From NCBI GenBank assembly GCA_040285825.1, contig JAUPSS010000004.1, forward strand, positions 4,369,784-4,433,783: a stretch of DNA of 64,000 nucleotides, given 5' to 3'. Below, piece by piece: positions 11,586 to 22,823 of this stretch. Under the pieces are notes generated by a model. It was not told the DNA's origin. It saw nothing but the letters and a program-made list of their open reading frames with translations, and did not search any database. A program made the translations under genes and the position numbers. How positions within the stretch are numbered: position 1 is the stretch's first letter; each line of letters opens with the position of its first letter. This stretch comes from Eukaryota sp. TZLM1-RC (Eukaryota > Protista > Metamonada: BaSk clade).

Positions 11586-12485
11586 ATGTGGAAAACTCTC
11601 GCATCTTCATTTCCAAAAATGTCAGTTTTAGAAGAACCATTTACATTTCCAAAGTACTTCTTGGAGAATTACTTGGAGCAGCGTATTGCCATTCCCCCAG
11701 TCAATAAAATATCCCTAGTCATCATCACAAGAACGTCTACCGATGAGCTTCGAGAAGCTGAGAAGTGGAAAACACATTGGGTAGAACAGGAATTTCGCGA
11801 TCCAAATCTCTTAAACCACATTCATATTAAGGTCTATGAAGGATTCTTCAAGTCCCTGCAAAAGCATGTTAAAGCCAAAACAGACAAAAGGGACTTGACT
11901 GAATCAGAAAAGGCTAGAACAGTTGGGGTTAGTGGTTCCAATGCAGAAAAAATGGTATCAGAATTGAAATTACCAAAGGATCAATGTATTGAAGCATTCC
12001 TCGTTGATGTAGATGGAACATGTATCTCTCATTTTAGCGGTGCCCCAAACACAACATCACTTCAAAAGCTTTCGTCATTGACCGAAGCACTCAAACAAGA
12101 GCGTCCACTGCATTTTGGAGAGTCTTCTAGACACACAGAGCCGCTATATCAAACTGACCGGATTCCTGTTCTTGGTGTTGAAACTAAGCCTCCATATAGT
12201 CTCACTGAAATGTCCGGTCCTAAATTTTCTGCTGAAGATCTCTCAAAAGCAACCACCCAGAAAAAACCTTATTGCAGCAGTGCGGCACAAAAGATAGAGA
12301 CCTCGCAAGCGATGGAAAAGAGATCCATGCTTGAGTTGTCCATTGACAAGACCAATCAACCTGTAGGTATGGCTAGATCAGTTGAAGCCAGAGAGTCTAG
12401 CGTAGAATTCCCCGAGAAAGAGGTGTTGGCCTGTGGGGGTATTGTTCATTATCTCAATGAATTTGAAGCTGGAATTGGCATCTAA
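11586..12485 (+). CDS. Hypothetical protein, 299 aa (N-half weakly ATP10/thioredoxin-fold-like)
   Basis: Intact ORF; only AFLVDVDG...FSGAP hints at the fold. Confidence 0.55.
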   Translation: MWKTLASSFPKMSVLEEPFTFPKYFLENYLEQRIAIPPVNKISLVIITRTSTDELREAEKWKTHWVEQEFRDPNLLNHIHIKVYEGFFKSLQKHVKAKTDKRDLTESEKARTVGVSGSNAEKMVSELKLPKDQCIEAFLVDVDGTCISHFSGAPNTTSLQKLSSLTEALKQERPLHFGESSRHTEPLYQTDRIPVLGVETKPPYSLTEMSGPKFSAEDLSKATTQKKPYCSSAAQKIETSQAMEKRSMLELSIDKTNQPVGMARSVEARESSVEFPEKEVLACGGIVHYLNEFEAGIGI

Positions 12486-12569
12486 ATAAATAAATCACCT
12501 TGTAAGAACACTATAGAGCTGTATTTGATTCAGCAAAGGTCAATTGTAGCTATTGGTATCAATTGATTT

Positions 12570-12720
12570 AAACATTCAAAACGGCAAGGTGGATAATCGC
12601 CACATTGAATGCCCAAATTGTAAAAAAGAGTGCCACAGAGACATTTCTGCAGCCCTGAATCAATTGGAGATATTGGCATGAATTACAGGGTTTACCTCGT
12701 GGATTTGTTTTACTAGAGTG
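12570..12720 (+). pseudogene. Fanzor/TnpB C-terminal relic (family E; second copy at 6265-6390)
   Basis: NIQNGKVDNRHIECPNCKKECHRDISAALNQLEILA: CxxC plus RuvC-III RDxxAAxN; parallels CPEC...RENSAWRNQWEIA of Fanzor A. Confidence 0.75.
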
Positions 12721-13456
12721 AAGAATTCTTACTTGTACTGCATCCTCGACTGAATATGAGCAGATCATGCGGAGTAGATCATGAGTGCAGAACCTAAATT
12801 TTTGGTTAAATGAGGTGTAAATACCATCATATTATGTATTTTGGAGTTAAAACTAGGTGTATTTTCACTAATTGTGGATGTCTATTCCATAAAAGACAAG
12901 TAAATCGGTCCTGGCACAATCGAATTTTTTTTACAATAATATAAATTGTGGGTCAAAAGTGGTTTTAAAGAAGCAAAACAAGTTCACTAGACAAAAGACC
13001 CATGGATTTACCGATAGTTTGTGGTAATTAAGTAAGGAATTTTTGTCATTTGATAATGAAATTCTTTAGGCTTGGTTTTTAATGTTCGTCTTGGCTCGGC
13101 CAAGATTGATAATCCCGCTTTCACTAATTTTCTGCTAGATGCACAAAACAGTTCCTCTTTGTGTTTTATTTCTCAAATGCCTCAAATATATGGTCTGCTT
13201 TTAGATAATACCACATTTTCTTATACAATCCGCCTCCGATGTTTCATTTGGCCTGTTAATGTGCCTCATAATTCGATTTGCCAATGCGGATCAAAAATTT
13301 CTCCAAATCATCTGTTTAATGCTAAATTAACGAGTGCGAGTGCGCACAGAATTCGACCAGTCAATCGAACTCGCTTGGGTGCGATCAATTTTCCATCAAG
13401 ATTATTTGTCAGCAAACTTATTTCGTAAAGCTATATAGAGTTTCAAAAAACAGTTT
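12586..13456 (+). repeat. Composite repeat, copy 2
   Basis: Direct repeat of 6265-7130. Confidence 0.9.
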
Positions 13457-14102
13457 GTTTAATCATGACCATAAATACTACTACAAATTTAACTAATCAC
13501 AAAATTGTTAGAAATCTCATAATTTGGCACCAACCACCATGTGCCACCGCGTGGTCCACATGGTGGTAAAATTGGACCACATGGTGGTGTATTTTTTAGC
13601 CTATAAAATGCTGTTACCTTCTGACATTGTCAAATCATTATGAATAAAACATGTTTATTTTTACAAACTAATACTAATCCCACAAAGAACAACGCATTTC
13701 AGATCAAATCATTCCTCCTCAATGTCCTCCGAAACATAAAGATTTCTGAAATAACAAGGATCGTATAGGACTTCTCGTCCAGAGGATAATCTTCTTCTTG
13801 GTCCTGCTCGTTGACTGCCTCTGCAACTTCTGCCTCTGCAATTTCCTCCATCTGTTTCATCATTTTCACTATTTCAGCATTCATCCATATGAATAAAAGT
13901 CACATATGGCATGTAGGCGTCCTCTAGAATACTCCACTTCATTATAAGCATTATTAGGGGAAATGTATTCAAATACAGGGTGTTTGCTACCAGGCCATGG
14001 TATTTGGAACAAAGAAAGGAGAAAGGAATAATGAAATGAAATTGACCACCAAGAAAACCACCATAGTGGCACCAACCACCACGTGGTGATGTCCAAACAC
14101 TG
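13451..14102. mobile_element. Possible decayed non-autonomous DNA transposon
   Basis: Clusters of CCACCA/CCACATGGTGG motifs near both ends and weak inverted termini (CAGTTTGTTT..CATGACCA vs CAGTGTTT..CATCACCA); no TSD found. Confidence 0.35.
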
Positions 14103-14269
14103 CTTATAAAAATTGAAATTCGGAAAATGGTGCTCTCCTTCATGTCCATTACTAAAAATAGCATCCACAAATAACCTATCCTCAGAAAGTTCATCTTCAA
14201 GAAGACTTCAATTCATTGTCCTTTTCATATTCATAGTCTCTTTCAACAAGCAAACGCTGAAGCTACTTT

Positions 14270-15400
14270 GACTGCAAACAGTTGTAGGTTTATCCACAAA
14301 CCCCTCGTATACCAGATCCATTCGCCGCTCACAACTTAGTGCTCCTCAAATTTGTCTTGTGTTGATTGTTTTTATACTTGCAATGTTTCTCCTTGTTGGG
14401 TCCCACAACAGACTTCTTTATTCCACAGTTGTTATACCCAGGTCAACGAAACTCGTCCATGGACTGGGGAATGCCAAATCAGTTCATCTAAGTCACGGAA
14501 AAGTGGGTTCTGTCTACAAATGTACAAATATCGCCAACCTCACTTCATCCCCACCGTCTGTCCACTACAACACTTCACTAGTGAACTAGTCAAGGTTATC
14601 TGTTCCTCCTAACAATTACAAATGGTACATGTTTAACCTCAACACTGGTTCCGTTGCCCAAACAGCTGTTCAAAGCGATTCTCATCTGGGTTTCTATTAT
14701 CTTCAATCAGAAGAAGTGTTTCACAATTGGGAGGATTACCTTGACTTTGATGGTGGGTTGATGTATTTGCCAAGGTGATTGCTCCTATTTGGTTCCCGGA
14801 CATGTTATTCCGGTTTCTAAAGATGGTGATTATTATTTTATTTTTGAAAATATTGGTAGTTCAACTTTCAACCATCAGCACTTTGTTATTTCCTTTTTTT
14901 CTAAAAGTTCACGACGTCAGTGGTTGTCAGAAAGTTTGCAATTCAATCATGGATTGTACAGTTGAGAGACAATGAACCGAATCATTCATTTTACAAGGAG
15001 ATTTGATTGGTGACATGACAATGTATATATTAGTTAAATCTGGTGGATATTCTTTGTTTTTAATTTCACTTTCATTATTTTGTGTGGTAATTTTCCTTTT
15101 TCTGTTAAATTGGAAGTTCAATTTGTTTACTTTCATCAGAAATCGAGTTGAAAACAATATTGCATTCAAAGATCAAATTCACAGTAGTACTCAATGAAAT
15201 TCACCACGTCCCGGTCCACATCAACGGAAAATGGCTCCTCTTCCTCCACATCCTTACAGCCATCCTGTGAATAATTTTGAAGCACCATTGTACATTCCAC
15301 CCGGACAAGTTGTCTATGCCCCTGAACCTTCTGCCCCTGTAGTGATTCCTTTTCTGTTTTACCAGGTTCCCAATCTTCTTATCACAGGTGTACAGAGACT
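14270..15400 (+). pseudogene. Disrupted membrane-protein-like gene
   Basis: Coding-like stretches with two hydrophobic segments and a Pro-rich tail (PPGQVVYAPEPSAP), broken by stops. Confidence 0.35.
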
Positions 15401-16024
15401 CTAATGTTTATTAGCAGCATTGTTTATGATCACATCTTTGTTTGGGTTTTTATTGAATAAATTTCTATTTTCTTGTAATTTATAGATAAAATGTGACAAA
15501 AGTTTTCGGATCAAAGCGTTTTGGATCGTACCTCCAGCAGGTTTTTCTTAGAGGGCAATGAACGACACAGTTATGTGGTCAGACAATTGCTCTTTGAAAC
15601 AGACTTCATTCGTGCATATTATTATTAATAACACGTATTATTATTTCACACGAATATCTGTCAGTCAATGCAAACAGTACGTTCTATACCTTTAATCTAT
15701 CGGAATTCTTTGCCCGTTGATTGTATGGTTCTAGTCGAAAATTTATCGAGACTATCTAACTTGCTCCATTGTCAAGCCATGATATTGGTTGAAGATTTCA
15801 TCAAACTCAGACCAATTCACCTTTAAGGACCAGATCAATTTTACACCACAGAACATTTGTACTATTAACTCCCCAAAGAATGTAGTAAATTATGAGGCTG
15901 TTTGAATAATCTTTAGATATATGTTGTTTATTTAATTGTTGTGTTTTTATTTTTTATTTAGATTTAGAATAAAAAGGATCAGGGAAATTGAAGACATCAA
16001 CACAACTTTCTATTCACTTCCAGT

Positions 16025-17986
16025 ATGCCACTTCTTGGCTTACAGGATCTTATCGATGAGACTAAAGAGTCAGACACTGAAAAGACTATCACTCGCAAAG
16101 GAGTAACTTTTGTTGAACATCCCGAGGTCAAATACTTTGAAACACATGTTTACACTGATGATGATGGGTCCGATGAACCTATGGACTACACAACAATCGT
16201 TTCTCCTTCTACTGCATCCTCGTCTCTTACTCTTACCCCTCCTTCTGATAGGTCTTCGGATAATGATTCTGACACTTCTATGGATGAAACAGTCATTCCT
16301 GGACCCCCGTTATCCAATGTTTCATTCACTGCAGGGCTTTCTGACACCGACGACACCGATGTCTCCATGGACTTTACCACAATTGCAGCTCCTACCAAAC
16401 CCTCTCCTCTAGGTCTTTCCTCTTCTCCACCCTCTGATCCTACAATCATGCTGAAGAAGGCAGGGGTGTTCTCCCCTGATCACACGTCATCAGCTCAAAG
16501 TATGACATCCTCTGGTCAAAATATACCGTCAACAGCTTCCCCGTCAGTCACCAGGAACATTGCTTCTCCCTTCTTTAGTACTATTGATTCCAAACTTGAC
16601 AATGCTTTGTTTCAGTTCTCAGCACTTTCTTCACCTTCCACTCCAGATATCACGTCATCAGCTCAAAATGCCACGTCACCACGTACTCCTGATTTGCAAA
16701 ATGAAGCAATGACCCCCTCCAAGCTGCGAAATTCTATTTCCAGGTTGACGCCAAGGCCAAGAAGAGCAATGAGTGTTGACGATTTCATGGTGGAAGTTGC
16801 TGTTTTCGATGAGGGTCGGATTAGGGAGAAGGTCAGAAATATGTTAACTGTATCACGACATCATGAAGGCGTTTTGACCTTTACTTCTGAGCTTGTAGGA
16901 AGCTTGGAAAGGCCTTTTTCCGCTGAATTATTGGAGTATTTGTCAACCAAGTGTGTTTCTTTGGATGCAGTTGTTCAAAAAGTTAAAAATTTTGTTGCTG
17001 ATCCCTTCCTTGGGTCGGAGAGCTCCATTTTGCAACAAGCTGAGATCAATAGGGATCATATGAAAGAAAAGTACAAAAATTTCGACACGTCTTGCTTTTT
17101 GACAACACTTTCTTCTGGATTTTCGGAAGAATATCAAGCAAATCTTTCAAAAAGAATTGGGGTTATAAACTGCAAAGTCCAAGACGTTCAACAGGATTCT
17201 CAAAGACTTTCTGATTGGGTGTCGAGAGTCCAATCAATCAAGGAAAAGATTACTTTCCTAAAAGAGAAAGTGACTGCTTACATGTCTGCTTCAGCCACTG
17301 ACTCTGGAAGAGCTCATAATAACGACAATTCTGATAGTGTCAACGACAGTGGTTTATTAGTTCAGGAAAAGGAAGATTTGAGATCAAAGATAGAACACTT
17401 CACCAAAATTTCAGCTAGTCTTGATACGTCAACTCAATTTTGTGTTAATTTCTTAAAAATTCTTCCGTTTAATTGGCCATTATTAATTCAAATCCTAAAT
17501 AACGATGCTCTAATTGATGAACATCACTTTTCACTAGTGAAAAAAGACAAAATTTTGCCATCGACTGTAGACCCCTTGTTATTGAGCTCTTTTAACCCTA
17601 TTTTTGACCATGTTTCGTGGTTACAGTCCAATTCGTTTTCTTCATCTTTACAACCAATTTTCAAGATCTACTCTTTACCTCTGAGGTATTGGCTGTTCTC
17701 TCAAATTGTAGATGAATTATCTTTTGTTTATTATAAATTCTTAACAACTATCAATAGGGAAAAAGACCATTTGATTTTAAGAATTAAATTTAAAACCAAG
17801 TGTCCAAGAAGTTTGTTTTTTGTCAATATTAAATTATTTAGTGAATACCCATTTGAGCCACCGGAATTTCGTTTAGAATCAGGAGTAGGTGAACTACCCG
17901 ACATGACCAAAATTTTGGATACCTCTAACCATGAGCTGTTCTCTATAAAACAGAGGTTGGAACATTTGAAATTTAATTTAAGTTAA
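16025..17986 (+). CDS. KNL1/Spc105/Spc7-like kinetochore scaffold, 653 aa
   Basis: N-terminal RKGVTF (RVxF-like), MELT-like MDYTT, MDETV and MDFTT with acidic upstream residues, S/T/P-rich region, coiled coil, C-terminal RWD-like EYPFEPP. Confidence 0.65.
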   Translation: MPLLGLQDLIDETKESDTEKTITRKGVTFVEHPEVKYFETHVYTDDDGSDEPMDYTTIVSPSTASSSLTLTPPSDRSSDNDSDTSMDETVIPGPPLSNVSFTAGLSDTDDTDVSMDFTTIAAPTKPSPLGLSSSPPSDPTIMLKKAGVFSPDHTSSAQSMTSSGQNIPSTASPSVTRNIASPFFSTIDSKLDNALFQFSALSSPSTPDITSSAQNATSPRTPDLQNEAMTPSKLRNSISRLTPRPRRAMSVDDFMVEVAVFDEGRIREKVRNMLTVSRHHEGVLTFTSELVGSLERPFSAELLEYLSTKCVSLDAVVQKVKNFVADPFLGSESSILQQAEINRDHMKEKYKNFDTSCFLTTLSSGFSEEYQANLSKRIGVINCKVQDVQQDSQRLSDWVSRVQSIKEKITFLKEKVTAYMSASATDSGRAHNNDNSDSVNDSGLLVQEKEDLRSKIEHFTKISASLDTSTQFCVNFLKILPFNWPLLIQILNNDALIDEHHFSLVKKDKILPSTVDPLLLSSFNPIFDHVSWLQSNSFSSSLQPIFKIYSLPLRYWLFSQIVDELSFVYYKFLTTINREKDHLILRIKFKTKCPRSLFFVNIKLFSEYPFEPPEFRLESGVGELPDMTKILDTSNHELFSIKQRLEHLKFNLS

Positions 17987-18120
17987 AATTTGTTTTTAGT
18001 GTATTTTTTGTTCATTTATTTTTGTTGTATATTATTGGGCAACTCCAAAAATTGAGTCTATCCATGCTAATAAATCTTAATACTAATACTCTCAACATTC
18101 TTTCCCACACTCACACTCAT

Positions 18121-18290
18121 TGATCGTTGCAGTACCACTGGTCTACAATTATCAAGAATATGAGAGTACGTAATCATGTAAGTGTCTAGACTCTAGAGCA
18201 CTGTTAACATCCCTATCCCAATAGACACCACATTCACTGTTTTGACAAAACAAAATTCCATGGCATGGGACTAGTTTGACATCGTTTTTT
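18121..18290 (-). pseudogene. Fanzor/TnpB C-terminal relic (family D, copy 2)
   Basis: LVPCHGILFCQNSECGVYWDRDVNSAL; the 3' end of a non-LTR copy lies just upstream. Confidence 0.8.
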
Positions 18291-18324
18291 ATTCTTTTAT
18301 TCCAATTTTGTTGAAGTTCTATGA

Positions 18325-19225
18325 TATTTATTGAACATACACAGTTAATCAAATTAATTCATAACTAATGGGACGACTATCATTGAACCAAGATTTCCTC
18401 TACAAAATCTTGATCTGCTTGCTGTCTAGCTAAAGCTTCTCTTATTCGATTGAAAAGCCGAGGTAATCTATTAATAATGGCAAATTGAATTCGAGAACGC
18501 CATAAAAAAATGTCAAATCTTTTCATTGTTTTTTCTTGAACCATTTTTTGGAAGTCATTCAAAAAAGTTTCTGCTTCATCTGATAATCTTCCATTTATCG
18601 AAAATGGGAAAGCAATAAAAACCAGCTGTGTATTTCTATCAGCATTAGCCTCTTCAATATCTTTATCATATTTTCTATGTTTTTCTCTTGCTTTAAAATC
18701 AAGAGCATTCACAGGATTAAGTTTTCTTCTGTGAACCAAAGTATCATTTGCAACATTACATGAGACAAAGTCAACAATAGCTTCAGAATTATCAGTCCAA
18801 TCACAGTATACATCACCTCTATCATCAGAACCAAAATTATTCAGAGAAAGTGTTTCCTTCAGCAGAGGCTCTTTGATACACGATATTCTTGCAGTTTGTG
18901 CCATATTGAAAACAGTGTCTCTAACAGCATCATGTAATGAAGAACGATAAGTTATCAATTTAGAACAATTCAGAGCATGGCGCAAAGTGAATTGAGGTGA
19001 ATTCGAACAAATACATTTTTCTTTTGATAATAATTGATTAATGGGGATATTCGAATATAATCTCATTTTTGTTACAAATGCTTCATTAGTGGCACACAAT
19101 CCAAATCTTCGTGGTACAATGGTTACAAAAGTGAGGAATCTGATGACTTGCTTTCACAAACACCCTTTTCCAATAACAATGAGTGAAGATCTTAATTTAA
19201 AACAGCTGAGCTGCATATATTTTTG
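18325..19225 (-). mobile_element. Non-LTR family A, 5'-truncated; intact RLE-domain ORF 18380-19099
   Basis: Zinc knuckle, HDAVRD, EPLL, RGDVY, IVDFV, KAREKHRKY, FPFSINGRL. Confidence 0.88.
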
Positions 19226-19314
19226 AAGTTCTTGAATTTTGTTCAAGATTTTGAATAGTTAATAGAGAGTTCGCCAATACTTCCTATTGATTGATCACCA
19301 TCATTCATCACTAA

Positions 19315-21351
19315 ATGGGAGTTAAATCCTTCTGGAAACTAGCAGAACCTTCTTCTGTGTCATTACCTCTCTCTGAATTTGCTGGCTCTGTATTTCTTGT
19401 TGATGCTTCTGTGTGGTTTGTTCAGCTCTCTTCCATGGCATCTACCTCTGAAGAATTCCTTTACTTTCTGTTTTCAAGAGTTGTCAAGTTACTTTCCTTC
19501 AACATTCAGGTTGTCTTTGTGTTTGATGGGGTGTCCTCTCGTCTTAAAACACAAACTCTAAGAGAACGACGTAAAAGACGTCATTTATCATCACTCAAAG
19601 TTGAAGAAGCAGCTAAAAACGCTATTCAGCATCAACTCTCCTCTCGTCCTCTCCCTACTTCACCTACTAGTGCTACTTCAACTACTAGTACTAGTAGTTC
19701 TCAACCCTTACCTATGCCACAAGCAGATTCTATTGAGTTTGAATTCTTTGGTAGTCCACCCCTCAAAACCTCAAGATTACAAAGTTTTCCTTTTTTACAT
19801 GGAGAAGACATTGAGGTTGACCACCAGGATGTGCTCTCTTCACTACTCTCTCCCCTTTCTGATGTGGGTGGTGGCTTTGCCTCGCCTCCTTTTAGCCCTA
19901 ATCCAGCTAATATGGAACCTACTGTGGCAAGTGGAGCAGATGTAATAAGCACACATTTTGAGAAAGATTATGTATATTATAAAGAGAATAAAGTAGATTT
20001 AGATCCAGATTTTTGTTTAAAAGATTGTGAATTCGCTACCGAATCAGGTGAAACTTTCAGGGAGTCTATTGGTAATGTCAACGATGCAGAGCAATCAGAA
20101 TTCCTCCAGGTGTTGTCGTCACCTTCCCCCTCCCCCAACCCTAACCTTAACCTCGGCTCTGATCAGATTGGTTGTTCACTGTTTGAGCCACAGAGTGGAG
20201 AAGATGATGTCCAAATCCTCCAAGAACCAAAGAAAACTGAACACAAGGAAACATCTGCCAAAAAGCAGTTTACAACATCCTTTCAAGCCACAGACACCGA
20301 TATTGAAGCCGCCTTCCCTAGTGGAGATAATGTTGAAGAAATTGCAGAGAACGAGACATCCAAAAATTTATCAATGGCTCAGAAAGATGTATTTTCTAAT
20401 CACGAACCAGCTAAACTTCGCCAGTCCTCCCTCACTGAATTTTTCCAAACTAAGCCAGTTGTAGAAGAGCACAATGACAAGATTGTTTTACAATCAAGTA
20501 GTCTTGCAGACATGTTTTCCCAGCATGCTGTGGTCAAGAAGTTTCTCACAATGCTAAATGTTCCAACGGTAACTGCACCTCATGATGCAGAAATTCAGTG
20601 TGCTTCTTATTTCAAAACAACTAAAGATCCATCACGATTGCATGTCGTCACTGAAGATTCTGATGCATTCTTTTTCGGAGCATTTTCAGTTGTTCGAATC
20701 GATTTCTCTTCAGAATCGGCTGTTCGGTACTGCAGAAACCGTATCTTGAACGATCTTGGGCTATCATCGGATGACTTCATTCTACTTCCACTGCTTCTCT
20801 CCTCTGATTTCTCCATTGGGCTTGGAAATTGTGGTCCACTATTCTGTTTATTATCAGTTGCTGTGTTGAAGTTGATTTTAAGATTTAACAATGATGATTC
20901 TCCTTTAACATTTGACCATTTGCATCTGCTTGTTGATGTGATGAGCGGGAAAAAGGATTTTCTATCCTCCGAGTCGTTTGTTGCCTCGCTATCTACAAAT
21001 GAGGCTTGGATCGTTAGAAACTTTGTTTCTCGTGCTTCAAGAGTGGTAGTACCTTCTGGTTTTCCTTCTTGTCTTGTTTACGATTACTTCAAGAATCCTC
21101 CATTCGATGAAGATCTGCGATTGGATGATTTGAAGATGCAGTTACCAGATTTTGATTCAATTGAAGACTTTGTTCAATCATATTTGATGGGTTACAAGTC
21201 ACAGGTCAACAATTTGCTTAATAGATTGATCCATTCACCATTTTATGATGCAAACTCTACAACTACTCTCAATGGAGAGCCCTCCAAAAAGTCACATTCC
21301 CGTCCCATCAAGAAGGTTGTCAGTGTGTTGAAATCTTTACTTGTTCAGTGA
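19315..21351 (+). CDS. XPG/Rad2-family structure-specific nuclease, 678 aa
   Basis: MGVKSFW, VDASVW and VFVFDG (N domain); long acidic spacer; APHDAEIQCA, TEDSDAFFFG and SDF (I domain). Confidence 0.9.
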   Translation: MGVKSFWKLAEPSSVSLPLSEFAGSVFLVDASVWFVQLSSMASTSEEFLYFLFSRVVKLLSFNIQVVFVFDGVSSRLKTQTLRERRKRRHLSSLKVEEAAKNAIQHQLSSRPLPTSPTSATSTTSTSSSQPLPMPQADSIEFEFFGSPPLKTSRLQSFPFLHGEDIEVDHQDVLSSLLSPLSDVGGGFASPPFSPNPANMEPTVASGADVISTHFEKDYVYYKENKVDLDPDFCLKDCEFATESGETFRESIGNVNDAEQSEFLQVLSSPSPSPNPNLNLGSDQIGCSLFEPQSGEDDVQILQEPKKTEHKETSAKKQFTTSFQATDTDIEAAFPSGDNVEEIAENETSKNLSMAQKDVFSNHEPAKLRQSSLTEFFQTKPVVEEHNDKIVLQSSSLADMFSQHAVVKKFLTMLNVPTVTAPHDAEIQCASYFKTTKDPSRLHVVTEDSDAFFFGAFSVVRIDFSSESAVRYCRNRILNDLGLSSDDFILLPLLLSSDFSIGLGNCGPLFCLLSVAVLKLILRFNNDDSPLTFDHLHLLVDVMSGKKDFLSSESFVASLSTNEAWIVRNFVSRASRVVVPSGFPSCLVYDYFKNPPFDEDLRLDDLKMQLPDFDSIEDFVQSYLMGYKSQVNNLLNRLIHSPFYDANSTTTLNGEPSKKSHSRPIKKVVSVLKSLLVQ

Positions 21352-22181
21352 ATCTTTCCTATTCACTTTGATTCAGGTTCTTAAAAAACGGCCCAATATA
21401 TTGCAATGGTGCCAATTTCATATTCAATACAACATCGTCTAACGGAAAACAAAATTGGAACTGTCTTTTGTTCCAAGAGATGGAGAAAGAACTTTTTTTG
21501 AATTGTATAACTGATTGTAAATCTGTCTTATTAAAGTTGGTTGGATATTGGTTTTTTTAGATTTTGTTGTTATCAAACTTATTGAATTTAACTAACAGAT
21601 GAACGCTTGATTCCTTTAAAAGTATAAATACATGGTTGAAATGAAAATAGTTCTGGTGATGGAACTTTTGTTTTTTTCAATTACAATTAAAATTGAATAG
21701 TAATCTCAGGTATCGGAAGAAATAAATAAAATTTATTGTTCAGGCCCATTTTGAGACTTTCAAAACCAAATATGATAAAGAAAATGAAAATTCGCGTTGA
21801 TATTCGGATTCAAGGTAACCACCGTCAGGGAGATTTCGTCAGGGAAAGGATGATCAGGATGATTGTGTTTGCAAAGACCCGCACTTTTGAACTTCAGTTT
21901 TCTGAAGGAATCAAACTAGATAGAATATATTTTTGTTTGAAAGAATTTTGTTTTTTCGTGACCTTTGGAAACCCGAAATCAATTCCCAATTATTTGAATT
22001 TATCCCTTTGGTTTATTGAATTTTTCTTAAAGTTTTGATCTGAGTGACTGAACTGTCAAGAATTTAATTGGACAAATTACTGACTCAATTGAATTAAAAC
22101 TTCACCAATTGTATGTGGAGAATGCTTTAATTAATTGAATGATAAGAAAATCTCAAAGTTTATTTTAATAAAAACTTGGAA

Positions 22182-22670
22182 TTACTCCACTACAAACTCC
22201 ACCTTCGAAACATCTTCACTGACCTTAACGTTATCCTTGGTCAAAGAGGGGTTCTGTACAAGAGTGACCTTGGACCATTGATCCAACTCCAATGTACAAT
22301 GCATTTTGTAAAGAACCGATCGGGAGCCTAGTATTTTGACTATTGTGCTTTCAGCGAAGAAGTCACATTGCTCATCTCTGGCAGTGAGATGAATAACACC
22401 AGTGTCGTCACCAAGCAGAACGTCATAGATACGGACAGGAGTGCCATCACCAGAAACTTTGTCCCAGACCTTATTGATCTTGAGTACCACAGCTTCCCTG
22501 ATGTTGATTTCTATGAGATCGGGAGTGATTTCGTTGATGTCAATATCTGAGTTGAGTAACTCACGGAGATATTACATACACTCCGGGTTTTGTTTTTTAA
22601 GAGAAGTAACCTGGTGTTCTTTGACAGAGTCGAAAGTGAAGGAAGGATGTTCTTCGATTTGTGCTGACAT
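22182..22670 (-). CDS. OB-fold ssDNA-binding protein (SOSS-B/At4g28440-like); 33-nt intron at 22547-22579
   Basis: LLGDDTGVIHLTARDEQ, LELDQW, SKVEFVVE; a GTATGT...CAG intron links ATG 22670 in frame. Confidence 0.8.
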
Positions 22671-22750
22671 GTTGAGAATAGAGGTTTGGGTCTGTGGTTT
22701 TTACTGGAAATGCATTCTTAATCTGAAATATCAATTTCCAATAATTCAAT

Positions 22751-22816
22751 CACATCCGCATATCTAAACTTAACCATCCGGAGATGATTGGCTTAGATCA
22801 AAATACGTTGGATATG
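22751..22816 (-). ncRNA. Candidate omegaRNA scaffold of Fanzor A
   Basis: ~26-bp interrupted stem with G-U pairs that form only on the minus strand, capped by C(UCCG)G, 7 nt after the Fanzor stop. Confidence 0.65.
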
Positions 22817-22823
22817 AAGACTT

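Noticed and set aside
15480-15900. Possible non-LTR RT relic (minus strand FIAL*EKPAGG); similar scrap at ~38330-38545
   Set aside because: Too degraded to delimit or assign confidently.
21400-22100. ORF 21736-22038 and a KRQFQF motif suggesting a Pif1/Helitron relic
   Set aside because: A single weak motif in AT-rich DNA with no supporting domains.
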